From positions 91,512,001 to 91,576,000 of the forward strand of contig OX597823.1 of NCBI GenBank assembly GCA_951406725.2: 64,000 nt of DNA, in the 5' to 3' direction. Below, piece by piece: positions 1 through 14,034 of the stretch (positions are counted from its first letter, which is position 1; each line of letters begins with the position of its first letter). Both the position numbers and the translations under genes were made by a program. The notes below the pieces were generated by a model. That model saw only the letters and a program-made list of their open reading frames with translations, ran no database searches and was not told the origin of the DNA. This DNA is from Octopus vulgaris. Its lineage: Eukaryota.

Positions 1-276
1 CTGCTATACAACTCATTTAACAGTTTATCATAAATTATTGCAAAAACAAGGAAATATTTGCAAACAGCAATGAAAGAATAAACTGGTTTAGCTATGTTAG
101 ATAGTTTAGATATTTAACTGATTGATTAACAGTTAAGAAGTGATATTGCACCAGTGCATGTGTGTTATTATTATTGGCAAAATGACCCTCCCAAGACACA
201 ACAAGATTGAGAGATTATTGCTCTTTATTTCTTGCCCAGCACTATTTTTATCAAGACTGAAAAAGAACAAATGTTA

Positions 277-677
277 GGCATAGGAGTGGCTGTGTGGTAA
301 GTAGCTTGCTTGCCAACCACATAGTTCCATGTTCATTCCCACTGCGGGGCACTTTGGGCAAGTGTCTTCTACTATAGCCTCGGGCCAACCAAAGTCTTGT
401 GAGTGGATTTAGCAGACAGAAGCTGAAAGAAACCCATCAGATATGTGTATGTGTGTGTGTGTGTGTATATTTGTGTGTCTTTGTTTGTCCCCCCAACATC
501 GCTTGCCAATCGATGGTGGTGTGTTTACGCCCCCGTAACTTAGCGGTTCGGCAAAAGAGACCAATAGAATAAATACTAGGCTTCCAAAGAATAAGTCTTG
601 GGATCAGTTTGCTCGACTAAACGCAGTGCTCCAGCATGGCCGCAATCAAATGACTGAAACAAGTAAAAGAGTAAAGT
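277..677 (+). mobile_element. tRNA-derived SINE family A, full length (head GGCATAGGAGTGGCTGTGTGG, internal (GT)n, tail GACTGAAACAAGTAAAAGAG)
   Basis: A/B-box-like head; same ~400 bp sequence recurs about 16 times in the window. Confidence 0.85.
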
Positions 678-1185
678 TTACTTTGGTAGGATTTGAACCC
701 AGAATGCAGTGAGCAGGAATAAAATGACAGAGCATTTTACACATTATCCTTAATAACTCAGTAAGCTTCCTGCATAGCTTGTTTTTGCATAATCTCCTCA
801 TTTAGCGCTGTTTCTGTTAAAGATTGACCTTTGAGAAACGCAGAGTTACTGTACCCATCAATTACATGTGTTATGAATGTGATTGAATGCATGAAACAGC
901 ATTTGCATACATAAAGACAATCATGTGTGCACATACATGTGTATGACTACATGTGAATGCACACGCATAAATAATGTGATAGTGTATGTTTGTTGGTAAA
1001 TCATTATGTTTATATTTACACACACACACATACACACATGGACACATGAATAGTCTTAGGTGCGTATTCATACGACACATTTCTCCGTGTTGAAGTTCTA
1101 ACCGAATTAGGGATAATCATAATGGTTTCAACAATACTATACACCTACAGAGGTCTAACTAGAAATACAAACCGAACGATAACAA

Positions 1186-1535
1186 CAACAACATCATCAT
1201 TTTCGGCGTCATCGTCATGATCATCGTAATCATCATCATTGTCGTCGCCATCATTGTCATCGTCATCATCATCATCGCCGTCGTCATCATCACCATCATT
1301 ATCGTCATCGTCATCATCATCATCATCATCATTTTCATCATCTTCATCATCATCATCATCATCATTTTCATCATCTTCATCATCATCATCATCATCACCT
1401 TCATCATCATCTTCATCATCATCATCATCATCATCCCCATCATCATCATCACCATCACCATCATCATCATCATCATCTTCATCATCGTCATCCCCATCAT
1501 CATCATCATCCCCATCATCCCCATCATCATCATAT
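1186..1535. repeat. (ATC)n microsatellite, degenerate
   Basis: direct reading; explains the poly-M/I/S ORFs. Confidence 0.95.
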
Positions 1536-2156
1536 CATGAGATTCCATTAAGAAGAACGGCTGGATTGCAGGTTTTCCATGTATCATATGTTTAAGGTTG
1601 TTTATGTGTTGTTTATATTTCCAAAGTTTTTCCTTTTTTTCTTCTTTTTCTTAATCTCATGAAACATCTCTCAATAACAGGTTACTGATTCAAAGATGAA
1701 TCCATTTTGTTGTGGAAACACTCATTTTTTTGTGATAATGATGATCTCTGAAACTCTTACATAATTTTTTGGATTATCTCTAAATACTGTGATTGAGGAA
1801 TTATATAATAAGTTCCTGTACTCTTGTCTCTGTTATTCACTCACCGAATTCTTAATCTATTGGGTTCTTAGATAAATTCATTTGTTTCCTTCATATGTTA
1901 TTTGAAGTAATGCAAAAAATATCTTTATCTTAATGTTCTATATTTTTATATTGAAGAGATGAGGAATTATGTACATTACATACATTATTTACATTTTATG
2001 GATATTTGTCCTCATCTTATTTGTTGTTAACACAACGTTTCAGCTAATATACGCTCCAGCCTTTATCAAGTGTCTTGGGGAAATTTCGAACCTTGGTTCT
2101 CATTCTCAAGGTATTTTTCAAAGTTATTATCATTATTATTATTATTATTATTGAGT

Positions 2157-2400
2157 GCTTCCATGGCTGGCTTCCGTGCCGGTGGCACGTTAAAAGCTCC
2201 AACCGATCGTGGCTGATGCCGGACCCCCCTGGCACCTGTGCAGGTGGCACGTAAAAAGCACCCACTACACTCGCAGTGTAGAAACTCTGCCAGATCAGAC
2301 TGGAGCCTGGTGCAGCCCCTGGCTTCCCAGACCCCGGTCGAACCGTCCAACCCATGCTAGCACGGAAAACGGACGTTAAACGATGATGATGATGATGATG
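2157..2400 (+). mobile_element. RTE-LINE 3' end (family C), 5'-truncated, (GAT)n tail
   Basis: CCGTCCAACCCATGCTAGC..GGACGTTAAAC(GAT)n end shared with the 15095-16080 copy. Confidence 0.8.
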
Positions 2401-2950
2401 AGAGGGTAGCGCATGCCATCAAAGTGACACCGGGGTGAAATATACAAAGCCCAGTATACCCATCATGACTACCCGTCTGATAACGGTACACCAGGCACAT
2501 GCATCACAACCATATGTGCACGACATGGTGATCTCATAACAAGATAAACAGCGCATGACCTTACAGGTGGGACCCAGTTAGAATTTTCTTCTGGTCGAGT
2601 AACTCATCCCACTCAAAAGTCCCTGATTAAGGGTTGTTTAAGGATGTTGAATGAAACACCCATGTTTCCAGAGGTGAATTATTCAAACCCCAAAGAATCC
2701 CTCTCAACACATGGCTATGATACTCCCCCACTACTTCTGCTCGTGATCAGAGATGCACATATCGTCAACCACTAAGGGACATGCCCAACTGGTTAAGGTC
2801 AAACAATTGACAAGCAAATCTGTGGTATTGAGCAGAATATTTGCTGTAGCCCATCTTTTATACCAAGACAAAACAATGTACATGATAACACTTCTAATCA
2901 ATTAAGATGAGAAGCCATGAGAGCTGCTGCCTGGTACTACATCAGGGCAT
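2401..2950. mobile_element. unclassified interspersed element inserted in an (ATT)n tract
   Basis: complex ~550 bp segment interrupting the (TTA)n spacer of H1 copy 1, and itself apparently split by the family C insertion. Confidence 0.5.
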
Positions 2951-3344
2951 TGATTATTATTATCATTATTATTATTATCATTATTATTATTATTATTATA
3001 GCTGTTGTTATTATTCAGGTCACTACTTGGAATTGAACTTGGAACCTTGGGGTTAGTATCCTGCGCTCATAACCACAATGCCATATGCCCATGGGCATAT
3101 TAATAATAATAATAATGAAAATAATAATAATAATAACAATAATAAAATCATCGAAAAATACCTTAGGAATGAGAACCCAGGTTTGAAATTTCCCCCAAGA
3201 CACCTGATGAAGGCTGGAGAGTATGCCAGCTGAAACGTTGTTAACAACAAACATGATGAGGACAAATATCCGTCAAATGTAAATAATGTAAATAATGTAA
3301 ATAATTCCTCATCTCTCAAATATAGAACTGAATTACAAATTCCT

Positions 3345-3725
3345 TTATTCTGTAACTTGTTTCAGTCATTTGGCTGCAACCATGCTGGAGCACTGCCTTC
3401 AGTCAAGCAAATCAACCCCAGGACTTATTCTTTGTAAGGCTAGTACTTATTCTATCAGTCTCTTTTGCCACACCGCTAAGTTACAGGGATGTAAACACAC
3501 CAGCATCGGTTGTCAAAAAATGTTGGGGTGGGGTCAGACACAGATACACAAACACACACACACAAATACAATGGGCTTCTTTCAGTTTTCGTCTACCAAA
3601 TCCACTCACAAGCCTTTGTTTGGCCCGAGGTTATAGTAGAAGACACTTGCCCAAGGTGCATCACAGTGGGACCGAACCCAGAGCCATGTGGTTGGTAAGC
3701 AAGCTACTTACCACACAGCCACTCT
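3345..3725 (-). mobile_element. SINE family A
   Basis: reverse complement of 277-677. Confidence 0.85.
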
Positions 3726-3754
3726 AAGTAAAAATATCATAATCTTTTAAAAAC

Positions 3755-4080
3755 TAGCGCTCCATCAGTTATAACAACAATGGTTCCACTTGGTTTGATC
3801 GGCAGAATAGCTTGGTTGTGAAATTAATGTGGAAGTGGCTGAATACTCCATAGTCGTGCATACACTTATTGTAGTTCTCAGGGAGATTCAGTGTGATACA
3901 GAATGTCACAAAGCTGGCCCTTTGAAATACAAGAACACCTTGTTTTCGACAGTTGGGTGGACTGGAGTTAAGGGAACACGATTTTCTTGCTCAAGGACAC
4001 ACTGTGCCACTAGGAATTGAACTCATGTCCTTACGATTATGAGCTGGATGTGCTAACCACAAAGCCACGGTCCCTTCACT
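3755..4080 (-). mobile_element. tRNA-derived SINE family F
   Basis: reverse complement of 40260-40585; B-box GAGTTCAATTCC. Confidence 0.7.
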
Positions 4081-4334
4081 TATGAGCAGCCAAATACATA
4101 CACGCACACAAACACATTGACATTCCCACGTGCATATACACAAATCTATACATAGACACACGCAATCTATAAACAAAACAAAGAAAAAAGGAGGAGGGAA
4201 GGGATGATGTCATACTTCGTCACCCACGCACTTAATTTTATTGCAATTAGTGGTAATAATTAACTTGCGTGAATATAAAAGTTTATAAGAAGATTGAAAG
4301 GCTTCCATTGAGTAGTGTTTGCTTTATGAATGAC

Positions 4335-4905
4335 TGTGTGTGTATATATGGATTAAAGTGTGTATATATGTGTGTATATGAATATACAAGAATGTTCATA
4401 TGTATGTATATATATGAATATATGTGTGAATATATGGGTGTATTTGAATACACATGTGTATATAAGAGTGTATTTGAATACATGTGTGTATATATGAATA
4501 TATAAGAATGTATATATGTGTGTATATGAATATATGTGTGTATATATGAATATGTGTGGGTGTATATGAATATATGTGTGTGTATATGAGTGTATGCATA
4601 TATGAATATATGTGTGTATATATGTGTGTATATGAATATATGCATGTATATATAAGAATGCTTATATGTGTATATATCAATATATGTGTGTATATATGAA
4701 TAGATAAGAATGTTTATATGTGTGTATAGATGAATATATGTGTGTATATGAATATATGCATGTATATATGAATATATGTGTATATGACTATATGTGTGTA
4801 TATATAAGAATGTTTATATGTGTGTATATGTATGAATAGATAAGAATGTTCATATGTGTGTATATATCAATATATGTGTGTATATATGTATTTGATAATG
4901 TGTGT
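4335..4905. repeat. compound (TA/TG) microsatellite with TATATGAATATATGTG-like units
   Basis: direct reading. Confidence 0.9.
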
Positions 4906-5067
4906 GTCCTCGTTTGTGTGAGTTTGCAAGCTGAGGATAATTTCAGTACATGTCAATATTTACGGTTTGCATGAAGTCAGCATTTCCAAGTCTGCAATTT
5001 AACGAGTCTCAGCAAGTTCTCACTGTTCAGCCGATATTTGCCAGCTACATGCTATCCACTCAGTAGC

Positions 5068-5723
5068 TGTGTGTGAGTGTGCGCATGTGTGTGTGTGTAC
5101 GTGTGTGTGTGTATGTATGTGTGTGTGTCTGAGTGTGTGTGTATGTGCTTGTGTGTGTGTCTCCGTGTGTGTGCCTGCGTGCACCTGTGTTTGTGTGTGT
5201 GTGTGTCTCTGCATGTGTGTGTGTGTGTCTGCATGTACATGTATGTGTGTGTGTGTGTCTGCATGTACATGTGTATGTGTGTGTCTGTGTGTATGTCTGC
5301 ATGTGTGTGTATGTGTGTCTGCATGTACACGTAAACGTGTGTGTGTGTGTCTGCATGTACATGTGTGTGTGTATCTGCATGTATGTCTGCGTGTGTGTGT
5401 GTGGCTGAGTGTATGTGCTTTTGTGTGCGTCTGTATGTGTCTGCATCTGTGTGTGTGCATGTGTCTGCATGTACATGTGTGTAATTGTGTGTGTGTGTGT
5501 GTCTGCGTGTGTGTGAGTGAGTGTATGTGCTTTTGTGTGCGTCTGTATGTGTCTGCATCTGTGTGTGTGCATGTGTCTGCATGTACATGTGTGTAATTGT
5601 GTGTGTGTGTGTGTCTGCGTGTGTGTGAGTGAGTGTATGTGCTTTTGTGTGCGTCTGTATGTGTCTGCATGTGTGTGTGTGTGTGTGTCTGCATATACAC
5701 GTGCACACGTGTCTGCATGTACA

Positions 5724-5756
<33 letters not shown>

Positions 5757-5782
5757 GTCTGCGTGTGTGTCTGAGCATGTGT
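5068..5782. repeat. (GT)n-based compound repeat with a ~112 bp higher-order unit
   Basis: GAGTGTATGTGCTTTTGTGTGCGTCTG restarts at ~5407, 5519 and 5631. Confidence 0.9.
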
Positions 5783-6184
5783 ACAGTTCGCAAATGGACT
5801 TAATCGGTCAGTAACTACAAATAAGTTATAGATTTTTTCCTTGACAGGACAGAAGGCCACATATTTATAGATGGTCAATGCTGACGGATGAAGATGGAAA
5901 TGATTGTGTGCTTATGTAATCTCCATGATTTTCTGAAGAGAACAAATTCTGAACAAGTGAAGTGAAATGGCAACTGGAAGGAATTCAAGACAAAGTTCTC
6001 ACTTGAAATTTCACAGATGAGAACAAAAGAAACGCATTTTTACAAATGGTGGCTGCAACTCAGTTTTGATAAATGCTTTTGCTTCGTTGCTCTCTTTAGA
6101 GCTTTTACTTGCTTCACTCTTTAGATTGTGGCCATGCTGGGGCACCAGCCCAAAGAAATTTTAGTTGAATGAATCAAACCTCAC

Positions 6185-6575
6185 ACTTATTCTTTTATTT
6201 GTTTCAGTCGTTTTACTGTGGCCATGCTGGAGCACTATCTTTAGTCGAACAATTTGACCCCAGATCATGTTGTTTGTAAGCCTAGTACTTATTCTGTTGG
6301 TCTCTTTTGCTGAACTGCTAAGTTACAGGGATGTGAACACACTAGCATCAGTTGTCAAGCGATGGTAGGGGGACAAAGAGAGACACAAATACACACGCAC
6401 ACATATACATATATACAATGGGCTTCTTTCAGTTTCTGTCTACCAAATCTACTCACAAGGTTTTGGTTGGCCTGTGGCTATAGTAGAAGACACTTGCCCA
6501 AGGTGCCACACAGTGGGACTGAACCCAGAACCATGTGGTTGGTAAGCAAGCTTCTTACCACACAGCCAGCCCAGC
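6185..6575 (-). mobile_element. SINE family A
   Basis: homology to 277-677. Confidence 0.85.
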
Positions 6576-6600
6576 ACCTATTCTTTTTCTTTCTTTTTAG

Positions 6601-6789
6601 ATGGGCTGAATCCTGGAAATACTGCAAAACCAGGTCAGCCTATGGTAAAGGCAGAGCAAGCCCCTAACACTTTGCTTCAATCTAAAGTCAGTTTAATATC
6701 AATGGCCCCCAAATAGGGACCATATCAAATATTAAGCTGATAAGAACAGGTGCTGCACTTTGAGCTGAGCCAAAAGTCCAAGTAGCAAC
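6601..6789 (-). pseudogene. U2: U2 snRNA pseudogene, full length (189 nt)
   Basis: minus strand GTTGCTACTTGGACTTTTGGCTCAGCTCAAAGTGCAGCACCTGTTCTTATCAGCTTAATATTTGATA...GACCTGGTTTTGCAGTATTTCCAGGATTCAGCCCAT aligns end to end with metazoan U2; branch-site pairing GTAGTA is GCAGCA and the Sm site is degraded. Confidence 0.9.
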
Positions 6790-6811
6790 ATTTTTTTTTT
6801 CAAGCATATAT

Positions 6812-7082
6812 TTATTTTATCAGTCTCTTTTGCCAGACTGCTAAATCATGGGGACATAAACGCACCAACACTGGTTGTTAAGCAATAGTGGTGCAACAAA
6901 TACACACACACACACACATATGCAATGAGGTTCTCTCAATTTCTGTGTACCAAATCCACTCACAAGGTTTTGGTTGGTCCAAGGCTAAAGCAGAAAATAC
7001 ATGCTCAAGATACCATGCAGTGGGACTGAACCCGGATCCATGCAGCTGGGAAGCAAACATCTTAACCACACAGCTGTGGCTG
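6812..7082 (-). mobile_element. SINE family A, partial
   Basis: homology to 277-677. Confidence 0.75.
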
Positions 7083-7149
7083 TGTCATCATAAGCTTGCT
7101 TCCTGTTACTGTGTGCTAAGAAATGTCCTTCCTAACCCCATGCCTCCAG

Positions 7150-7410
7150 CTTCACTCCCACCTTGTGGTACTTTGGGCAGGTGTTTTCTATTATAGCCTC
7201 AGACCAACCAAAGCCTTGTGGGTGGATTTGGTAGATGGAAACTGAAAGAAGCCTGCCATGTATATATATATACTCATATATATATACATATATGTATGTG
7301 TTTCTGTGTATTTTTGTCCTCCCCATCACCACTTGACAACCGGTGTTGATGTATTTATGTCCCTGTAACTTAGTGGTTTGGCAAAAGTGACCAATAAAAT
7401 GAATACTAGT
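7150..7410 (+). mobile_element. SINE family A, partial
   Basis: homology to 277-677. Confidence 0.75.
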
Positions 7411-7455
7411 TTTTATATGTATATTAATGTGTGTACATATATATATATGTATATA

Positions 7456-7506
<51 letters not shown>

Positions 7507-7512
7507 CTATAC

Positions 7513-7566
<54 letters not shown>

Positions 7567-7609
7567 ATATATATATGTGTGTGTATGTGTGCGTGTGTAG
7601 ATAGATAAT

Positions 7610-7644
<35 letters not shown>

Positions 7645-7679
7645 GTAGAATAGATAAATAGACAGATACAATAGATAGA

Positions 7680-8138
7680 GGACCGGAGATATGCTGTGAC
7701 TGAGAAGACCTAGCAAATAAAGTGAGTTCACAACTGTAACCCACACCAGTGTTGCCCACTCAAAAGTACCTTGGATTGTAGGGCAACTTGCCATGTCAAG
7801 TACATCAAATTCAAATCAAATGGAAATTGTAGTTATGATCCCCATGCCGGTGGCATGTAAAAAGCACCATTCGAACGTGGCTGATGCCAACGCCACCTTA
7901 ACTGGTTTCCGATGCCAATCCCCCCTAGCCCCTGTGCCAGTGGCACATAAAAAAGCACCTACTATGCTTTCAGAGTGGTTGGTATTAGGAAGCGCACCAA
8001 GCTGTAGAAACACTGCCAGATCAGACTGGAGCCTGGTGCAGCCTCCTGGCTTCCCAGCCCCAGTCGAACCATCTAACCCATGCCAGCATGAAAAAAGGGA
8101 GTTTAGCGATGATGATGATGATGATGATGATGCTGATG
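7680..8138 (+). mobile_element. RTE-LINE 3' end (family C)
   Basis: family C body with (GAT)n tail. Confidence 0.8.
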
Positions 8139-8686
8139 AATAGATAGATTGCTAGATAGAGAGATAAATACATACCACAGTACATACTAATCCAACCATT
8201 GACTATGTAGGCAAATAAACAAAGAATGTGCTTTTAATGATGGCAATGATGATGATGATGATCATCATCATCAACAGCAGCAATAATTGCAGCACGAGGT
8301 TGGGGAGGATGATGATGATGAAGTAGACATTAATATTAATAATGATGACAAGAGAGGACTCAGACGAGGACGAGGAATAGAACTGAAAGCATCCAACTCC
8401 CCCCTCCCCTCAAAACCACAGAAAGTTAAAAGAGAAAAACCATGGAACCGCCTTATAATTCTTCAGCAAATATAGAGTAATACATGTTCTGGTGTGTTTA
8501 TAAGAGGGGGTGGGTGAAGGAGAGCTGTTTGGAGGTGGGTTGAGTTATGGAGTGGGTGGAGGGGGCTGGGGAGGGGGATTGTATGGTTGATTGGTTGGGT
8601 AGTTAGTGATGGCAAGAATATTAACATCAAAACCAAAATATATACCCACAAATAATATGAAATTATATATACATGCACATACGTAC

Positions 8687-8737
<51 letters not shown>

Positions 8738-8872
8738 TGTGCACTCATATACATGTATATATAGACACACACACACACATGTATTTATATGTGTCTATTT
8801 ATGCATATGCATATATATATATATATATATACCCACAAATAATATGAAATTATATATAAATGCACATGCATA

Positions 8873-8910
<38 letters not shown>

Positions 8911-9102
8911 CACACATGTATTTATATGTGTATATTTATGCACATGCATATATACCCAAAAATGATATGAAATTATATATACATGCACATACATAATCAT
9001 ATATATATGTACAGACATGTGCATACATATACATGTATACATAGGCACACACACACACACATATATTTATATGTGTATATTCATGCACATGCATATATAT
9101 GT

Positions 9103-9143
<41 letters not shown>

Positions 9144-9451
9144 CATGTATTTATTAAATATATATAAGTATATATGTATATGTAAATGTACATGCTTGTG
9201 TGTGGATATATAAAAAATATATTCATACATGTGTGTTTACATAAATGCATATATTAGTGTCAATAAATGTATAAATATAAACATACCAATATATACAAAT
9301 ATAAACATTGATATGCTTTAAGCATATATATATATATATCTGTATATATGTATATATATATATATATATATATGCATATATATACAGATATATAGATATA
9401 TAGATATGTATATTTATATATATATGTGTATGTGTATGTATATGTATATAT

Positions 9452-9503
<52 letters not shown>

Positions 9504-9767
9504 GATATAGATAGATAGATAGATAGATAGATACATATATATTTACATATATTTATATATATACATGCACACACGCACTCATACGTATATATGACCACTG
9601 AAACGTTCAAAGAAACAACCAATGCCGACGCTAAATACATTTCTTTCTACATTTACAGATTTAGACATTAATGAATGCTATAAAAGACAGCAACAACAAC
9701 AACAACAACAGCAACAACAACGGACAAACAAGCAAAACCTAAATCTACTACAACCACTACTACCACC

Positions 9768-9819
<52 letters not shown>

Positions 9820-10323
9820 ATTTATATTTACCAAACCATGTATGGTTTTGTTGGATTGAACCGTGTTTGTAGTGTGTCATTGGAAGTGCTGCTGGTATTT
9901 CATTAGAACATTCTAGAAAATTGAAGATAATGATACGTTGCGACACATTTACCACTTCACACTAAACAGCCAAGATTACCGTGCATTACCTATTGTCTAC
10001 ACGTCTTCGCTGTAACCTTTCATACGGATTAACTCTATCAGGACGAACTTGCTAAAAATTGAAATCTCTGCAAACGTGCATGTTCATTTGTGTATAATAA
10101 GAGAAAGAGTAAGAGTGAGAGAGAGTGGGGGAGAGAGTGTGTATGGCGGTGGAGGGGTGGATTATGTGTAATGCATTCTTCGTCATTACCGAAGATGGAT
10201 TCCTTTTATGTCTACTGATGCTTAAAGGGCAAATGGTGTGAAAGATGGTGACGGCATGGTTAAAAGTAATCTCACATATGTGCACATTCACACGCAAGAA
10301 ACATACACATACACACACACATA

Positions 10324-10385
<62 letters not shown>

Positions 10386-10527
10386 TATGTATGTTTGTAT
10401 ATGTATATAAATGGCAGATCTACTAAACGTACAAGTATTTAAAATTTGTGCAAACATTCGTACATAAAAATATGACATCAGCTACATAATTTGTAAATGA
10501 AGATTTTCAATGCAGCTGATGTGTCTA

Positions 10528-10560
<33 letters not shown>

Positions 10561-10613
10561 CATCATCATCATCATCATCGTTTAGCGTCCGTTTTCCATG
10601 CTAGCATGGGTTG

Positions 10614-10651
<38 letters not shown>

Positions 10652-11805
10652 AGAGAGAGAGAGAGGAAAATAGATAGAAGAGAGAGAGAGAGAGGGAGGT
10701 AGATAGAATAGATATATATATATAGAGAGAGAGATGTCTGCTACTCTTGCTCTGCACACATGCACATGTATAGATACATACATACACATATATACACACT
10801 TGCACGTACATGTAGATAAAAACACACACCCACACACAAATACACGCACACATATATTTATATATATATATTTTTTTCCACACATACATATTGCACACAC
10901 ACCCACACTCATACACAGGCACACATATACATATACATTCACACACACCATATATATATATAGATACTGACATATATATAAATATATATATATATATATG
11001 TTGAGACATATCTTTAGATATTGACACACACACACATATATATATTACACAAACATATATGCATAGGTTTACACACATTCTCACACATATAACATATACA
11101 TATATGTATAGGTTTACACACACACACACACTCACACACACACACTCACACACACACACACACACATATTCACATATATATCAGTTAATTGTACGCCACA
11201 ATTTTGTTTTAACGAGTTTGCTGAACATATTATAAAATATATTTATATTCTTTTTAATAATAATGTTTCTGTGTGCGTAACCAACCAATGCTATCTTATT
11301 AACGGTTCACCATTATCAAGAATATGGCTGATCAACCATTTCCAAAGATATTTTGGTGTTTTGTTACGTGTGCTTACAGCATTAGTTGACAGTTCTTGTG
11401 TTTTTTTCTTTTGTGTTGTATTTATTGGCATTCCTGGCTATGACGTATTGTCAAAAATGGCAGGAATATTTGTCGAGGAATCTTGTTCTATTTTATTTCC
11501 TTATCACAATCTCTTAACACAACAACGTTTTCACCTCGGCTCATGGTAACGCTTTGCTTCACATCAATCCAAATTTACCAGAAAACATTTCAAAAGTCTC
11601 TGATCATTTAAATAATGCTTAATACCATTATCTTTTATGGTTTCACTGTTTTTCTCATTGGACCTCAGTCATGATGAGACAGTATCTTGAAGGGTTTTAG
11701 GTGAATGAATAAATACTGGTACTTCTCATTTTCGTTTTTTATATCTGTTACTTATTCTAGCAAACAAACATCAACTGCTTTGAGAAAGAAAACAAAAATG
11801 AAATA

Positions 11806-12037
11806 TATATTTCTTTACTACCCACAAGGGGCTAAACATAGAGGGGACAAACAAGGACAGACAAAGGGATTAAGTCGATTACATCGACCCCAGTGTGAAA
11901 CTGGTACTTTATTTATCGATCCCAAAAGGATAAAAGGGAAAGTTGACCTCGGCAAAATTTGAACTCAGAACACAGCGGCAGACAAAATACGCTAAGCATT
12001 TCGCTTGGCGTGCTAACAATTCTGCCAGCTCACCACC
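11806..12037 (-). mobile_element. SINE family B (MetaSINE-like core)
   Basis: reverse complement of 23709-23965. Confidence 0.8.
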
Positions 12038-12375
12038 TAATAAAATATATACAAAAATGAAATATAGACAAGCAACAACTGGTGGCATTATTTATAAGGT
12101 TTATGAATTAAGTCTCTTCATTTACATATCATTGATTTCTTTAACATAATGTTGCTTGGGATGAGTTTGAACTCAGGGATAATATTTTCATTCACAGCTG
12201 GTGTTGGTGCCATGTAAAAAGCACCTGTGCTTGTGCCACATACAATTAAAATGTACCCAGTCCACTCTGTAAAGGGGATGGCATTAGGAGGGGCATCTAG
12301 TAGTAGAAACCATGCCAAGGCAGATCCTAAGAGGCTGGTGTAATTCTCTGGTTTGCTAGTTCCTATCAAACCCTA

Positions 12376-12825
12376 ATCATCATCATTGTTCGACCGTGGT
12401 CGAGACAATGGAATTTACTATGTTACACCAGACTTCATGGTCCATCATAGCATTACGGAGGTCCTGTTGCTGGATGCCTATATCCCTGGAGATTACATCA
12501 GAGTAGGAGAGTGCGTGCCCTCTGGTATCATGAGCAGATGGCTTCCAGAGGAGAAGAGCAGAAATTACCTCGTTTTCAGCTCTACAAAAACGTCCAGCAA
12601 ACTGGACTCTTCTACCTTTCACAAGAGATGATACAGGTGGTAATTTCCCATATATTTGTACTTTGGTTGGATGATAGCCCCTGGTGGGTAATAAAGAAAC
12701 AGATTCTTCCATGAGAGATTTTGAGCTCTCATAAGGAGGCGAGTGTAAGTTCCATCTAACCGCCTCTCAAGCTTCTTTGATAATGTCCAGGTTTCTGAGC
12801 CATATATTAGAATTGGTTGACATTA
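12376..12825 (-). mobile_element. RTE-clade LINE fragment: RT C-terminus and (TGA)n tail
   Basis: translates PILIYGSETWTLSKKLERRLDGTYTRLLMRAQNLSWKN-HPTKVQIYGKLPPVSSLVKGRRVQFAG...DLRNAMMDHEVW, typical of the post-RT region of RTE/RTEX elements. Confidence 0.85.
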
Positions 12826-13409
12826 AAAGATTATGATGATGATGCTAACAGCTTAACCACTTTGCTACAGTACCAAAGTAAATAATTGGTAACTTGTATT
12901 GCTTAACACTTACTAGTCTTGTCAGACATATCACTCTGACGTCTGCTTTAGACTCACTGATTGATTATTCAGTTAATGCTACATAAACTGAGTCTTTGAT
13001 TTCTATAATTGTCCATTGTATTTCTATGTCTTTAATGAAAGTTTGTTCAGAGCATTATAACTTTTCCTTCCCACAATGCACTCTCTCTCTCTCTCTGTAT
13101 AATTCCAGGCTTTGATGTTTCCCTTCTGATTAAAGACTTTTAATATTCTTCTGATCTGTTCTTTAGAGGCTATTGCCTGACTTCATCATTGTTAGAATTT
13201 CCAAATTTTCACAGAAGGCATTCTGTGTGCAGATCTTTAATTCAACCAGTGTCTGGGTTTGTTATATTTGGCAGAAAATAATATGTGGACTATAAACTCT
13301 ACTTTTAAACATTGTTCTCTTTTCATTTGCTGAGACGTTCTATGTACTTAGTAACATAGTAACCAGGGTGCATTTGAGATTTAGCTGCAGATTAATATGT
13401 ATATGACTT

Positions 13410-13693
13410 AAAAAATTACTATTTTTAAATCTCACAACGAGAGATATTCAGCAACAGTACTTTGAAGTAAAGATTGTTTGCCAACATAACATGGCAGTCC
13501 TGATTTAGGATGAATGTTGCTGTAATTTAGCCCCAAGAGACATCGTTTCCAGTTGGCTACACAACACAATTAGTGTCCTTATATTTTCGAACAAGGAAAT
13601 ATAGCACCCCAACTCAGCTTAAAACAATATCTGTGTATCATAATTTCTGGGTTATTCTGTGCTGATGAAGGGAAATAACCTGGAAATTGCACT
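13410..13693 (+). mobile_element. Foldback family H2, one arm plus apex with HHR core
   Basis: homologous to 19973-20285 and 55925-56282; CTGATGA at 13662. Confidence 0.7.
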
Positions 13694-14034
13694 ATATATA
13701 TATTTATATATATATATTTATATATATTATATATATATATATTTATAATGATTTAATTGCTCTATTTTGTCTCCTTTCATTTGTCTTGCTTGCATACATA
13801 CCGTCGTTTGCTAAAATTTTTGAGAACATTTTCTTTGTGGCAAGGCAATTTGGCATCATCTTCTAGCATATTAGAAATCCACCTTGGTGGCTATTCCTCT
13901 TATATATATATGTATGTTTGTGTGTGTGTGTGTGTGTATATACACATATATACATATACAAACACACACAAACACACACATATATATATATATACACGCA
14001 TATATACATATATATACATGCATATACATATGTG

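Larger units (their letters stand above)
1934..3330. mobile_element. Palindromic tRNA-head/hammerhead element (family H1), copy 1, with ~800 bp of nested insertions in its (TTA)n tract
   Basis: terminal inverted repeats GTTCTATATT..AGAGATGAGGAATT / AATTCCTCATCTCTCAAATATAGAAC; tRNA-like head on minus strand ~3016-3090; central palindrome ATATGCCCATGGGCATAT 3083-3100; HHR core CTGATGA at 3204. Confidence 0.8.

Noticed and set aside
5020-5878. Long His/Thr- and Cys/Val-rich ORFs
   Set aside because: Translations of (CA/GT)n compound repeats.
9640-9820. Splice-acceptor-like TTTACAG followed by DLDINEC (cbEGF-like start) and polyQ
   Set aside because: No further EGF cysteines; the frame runs into (CAA)/(CTA) microsatellite.
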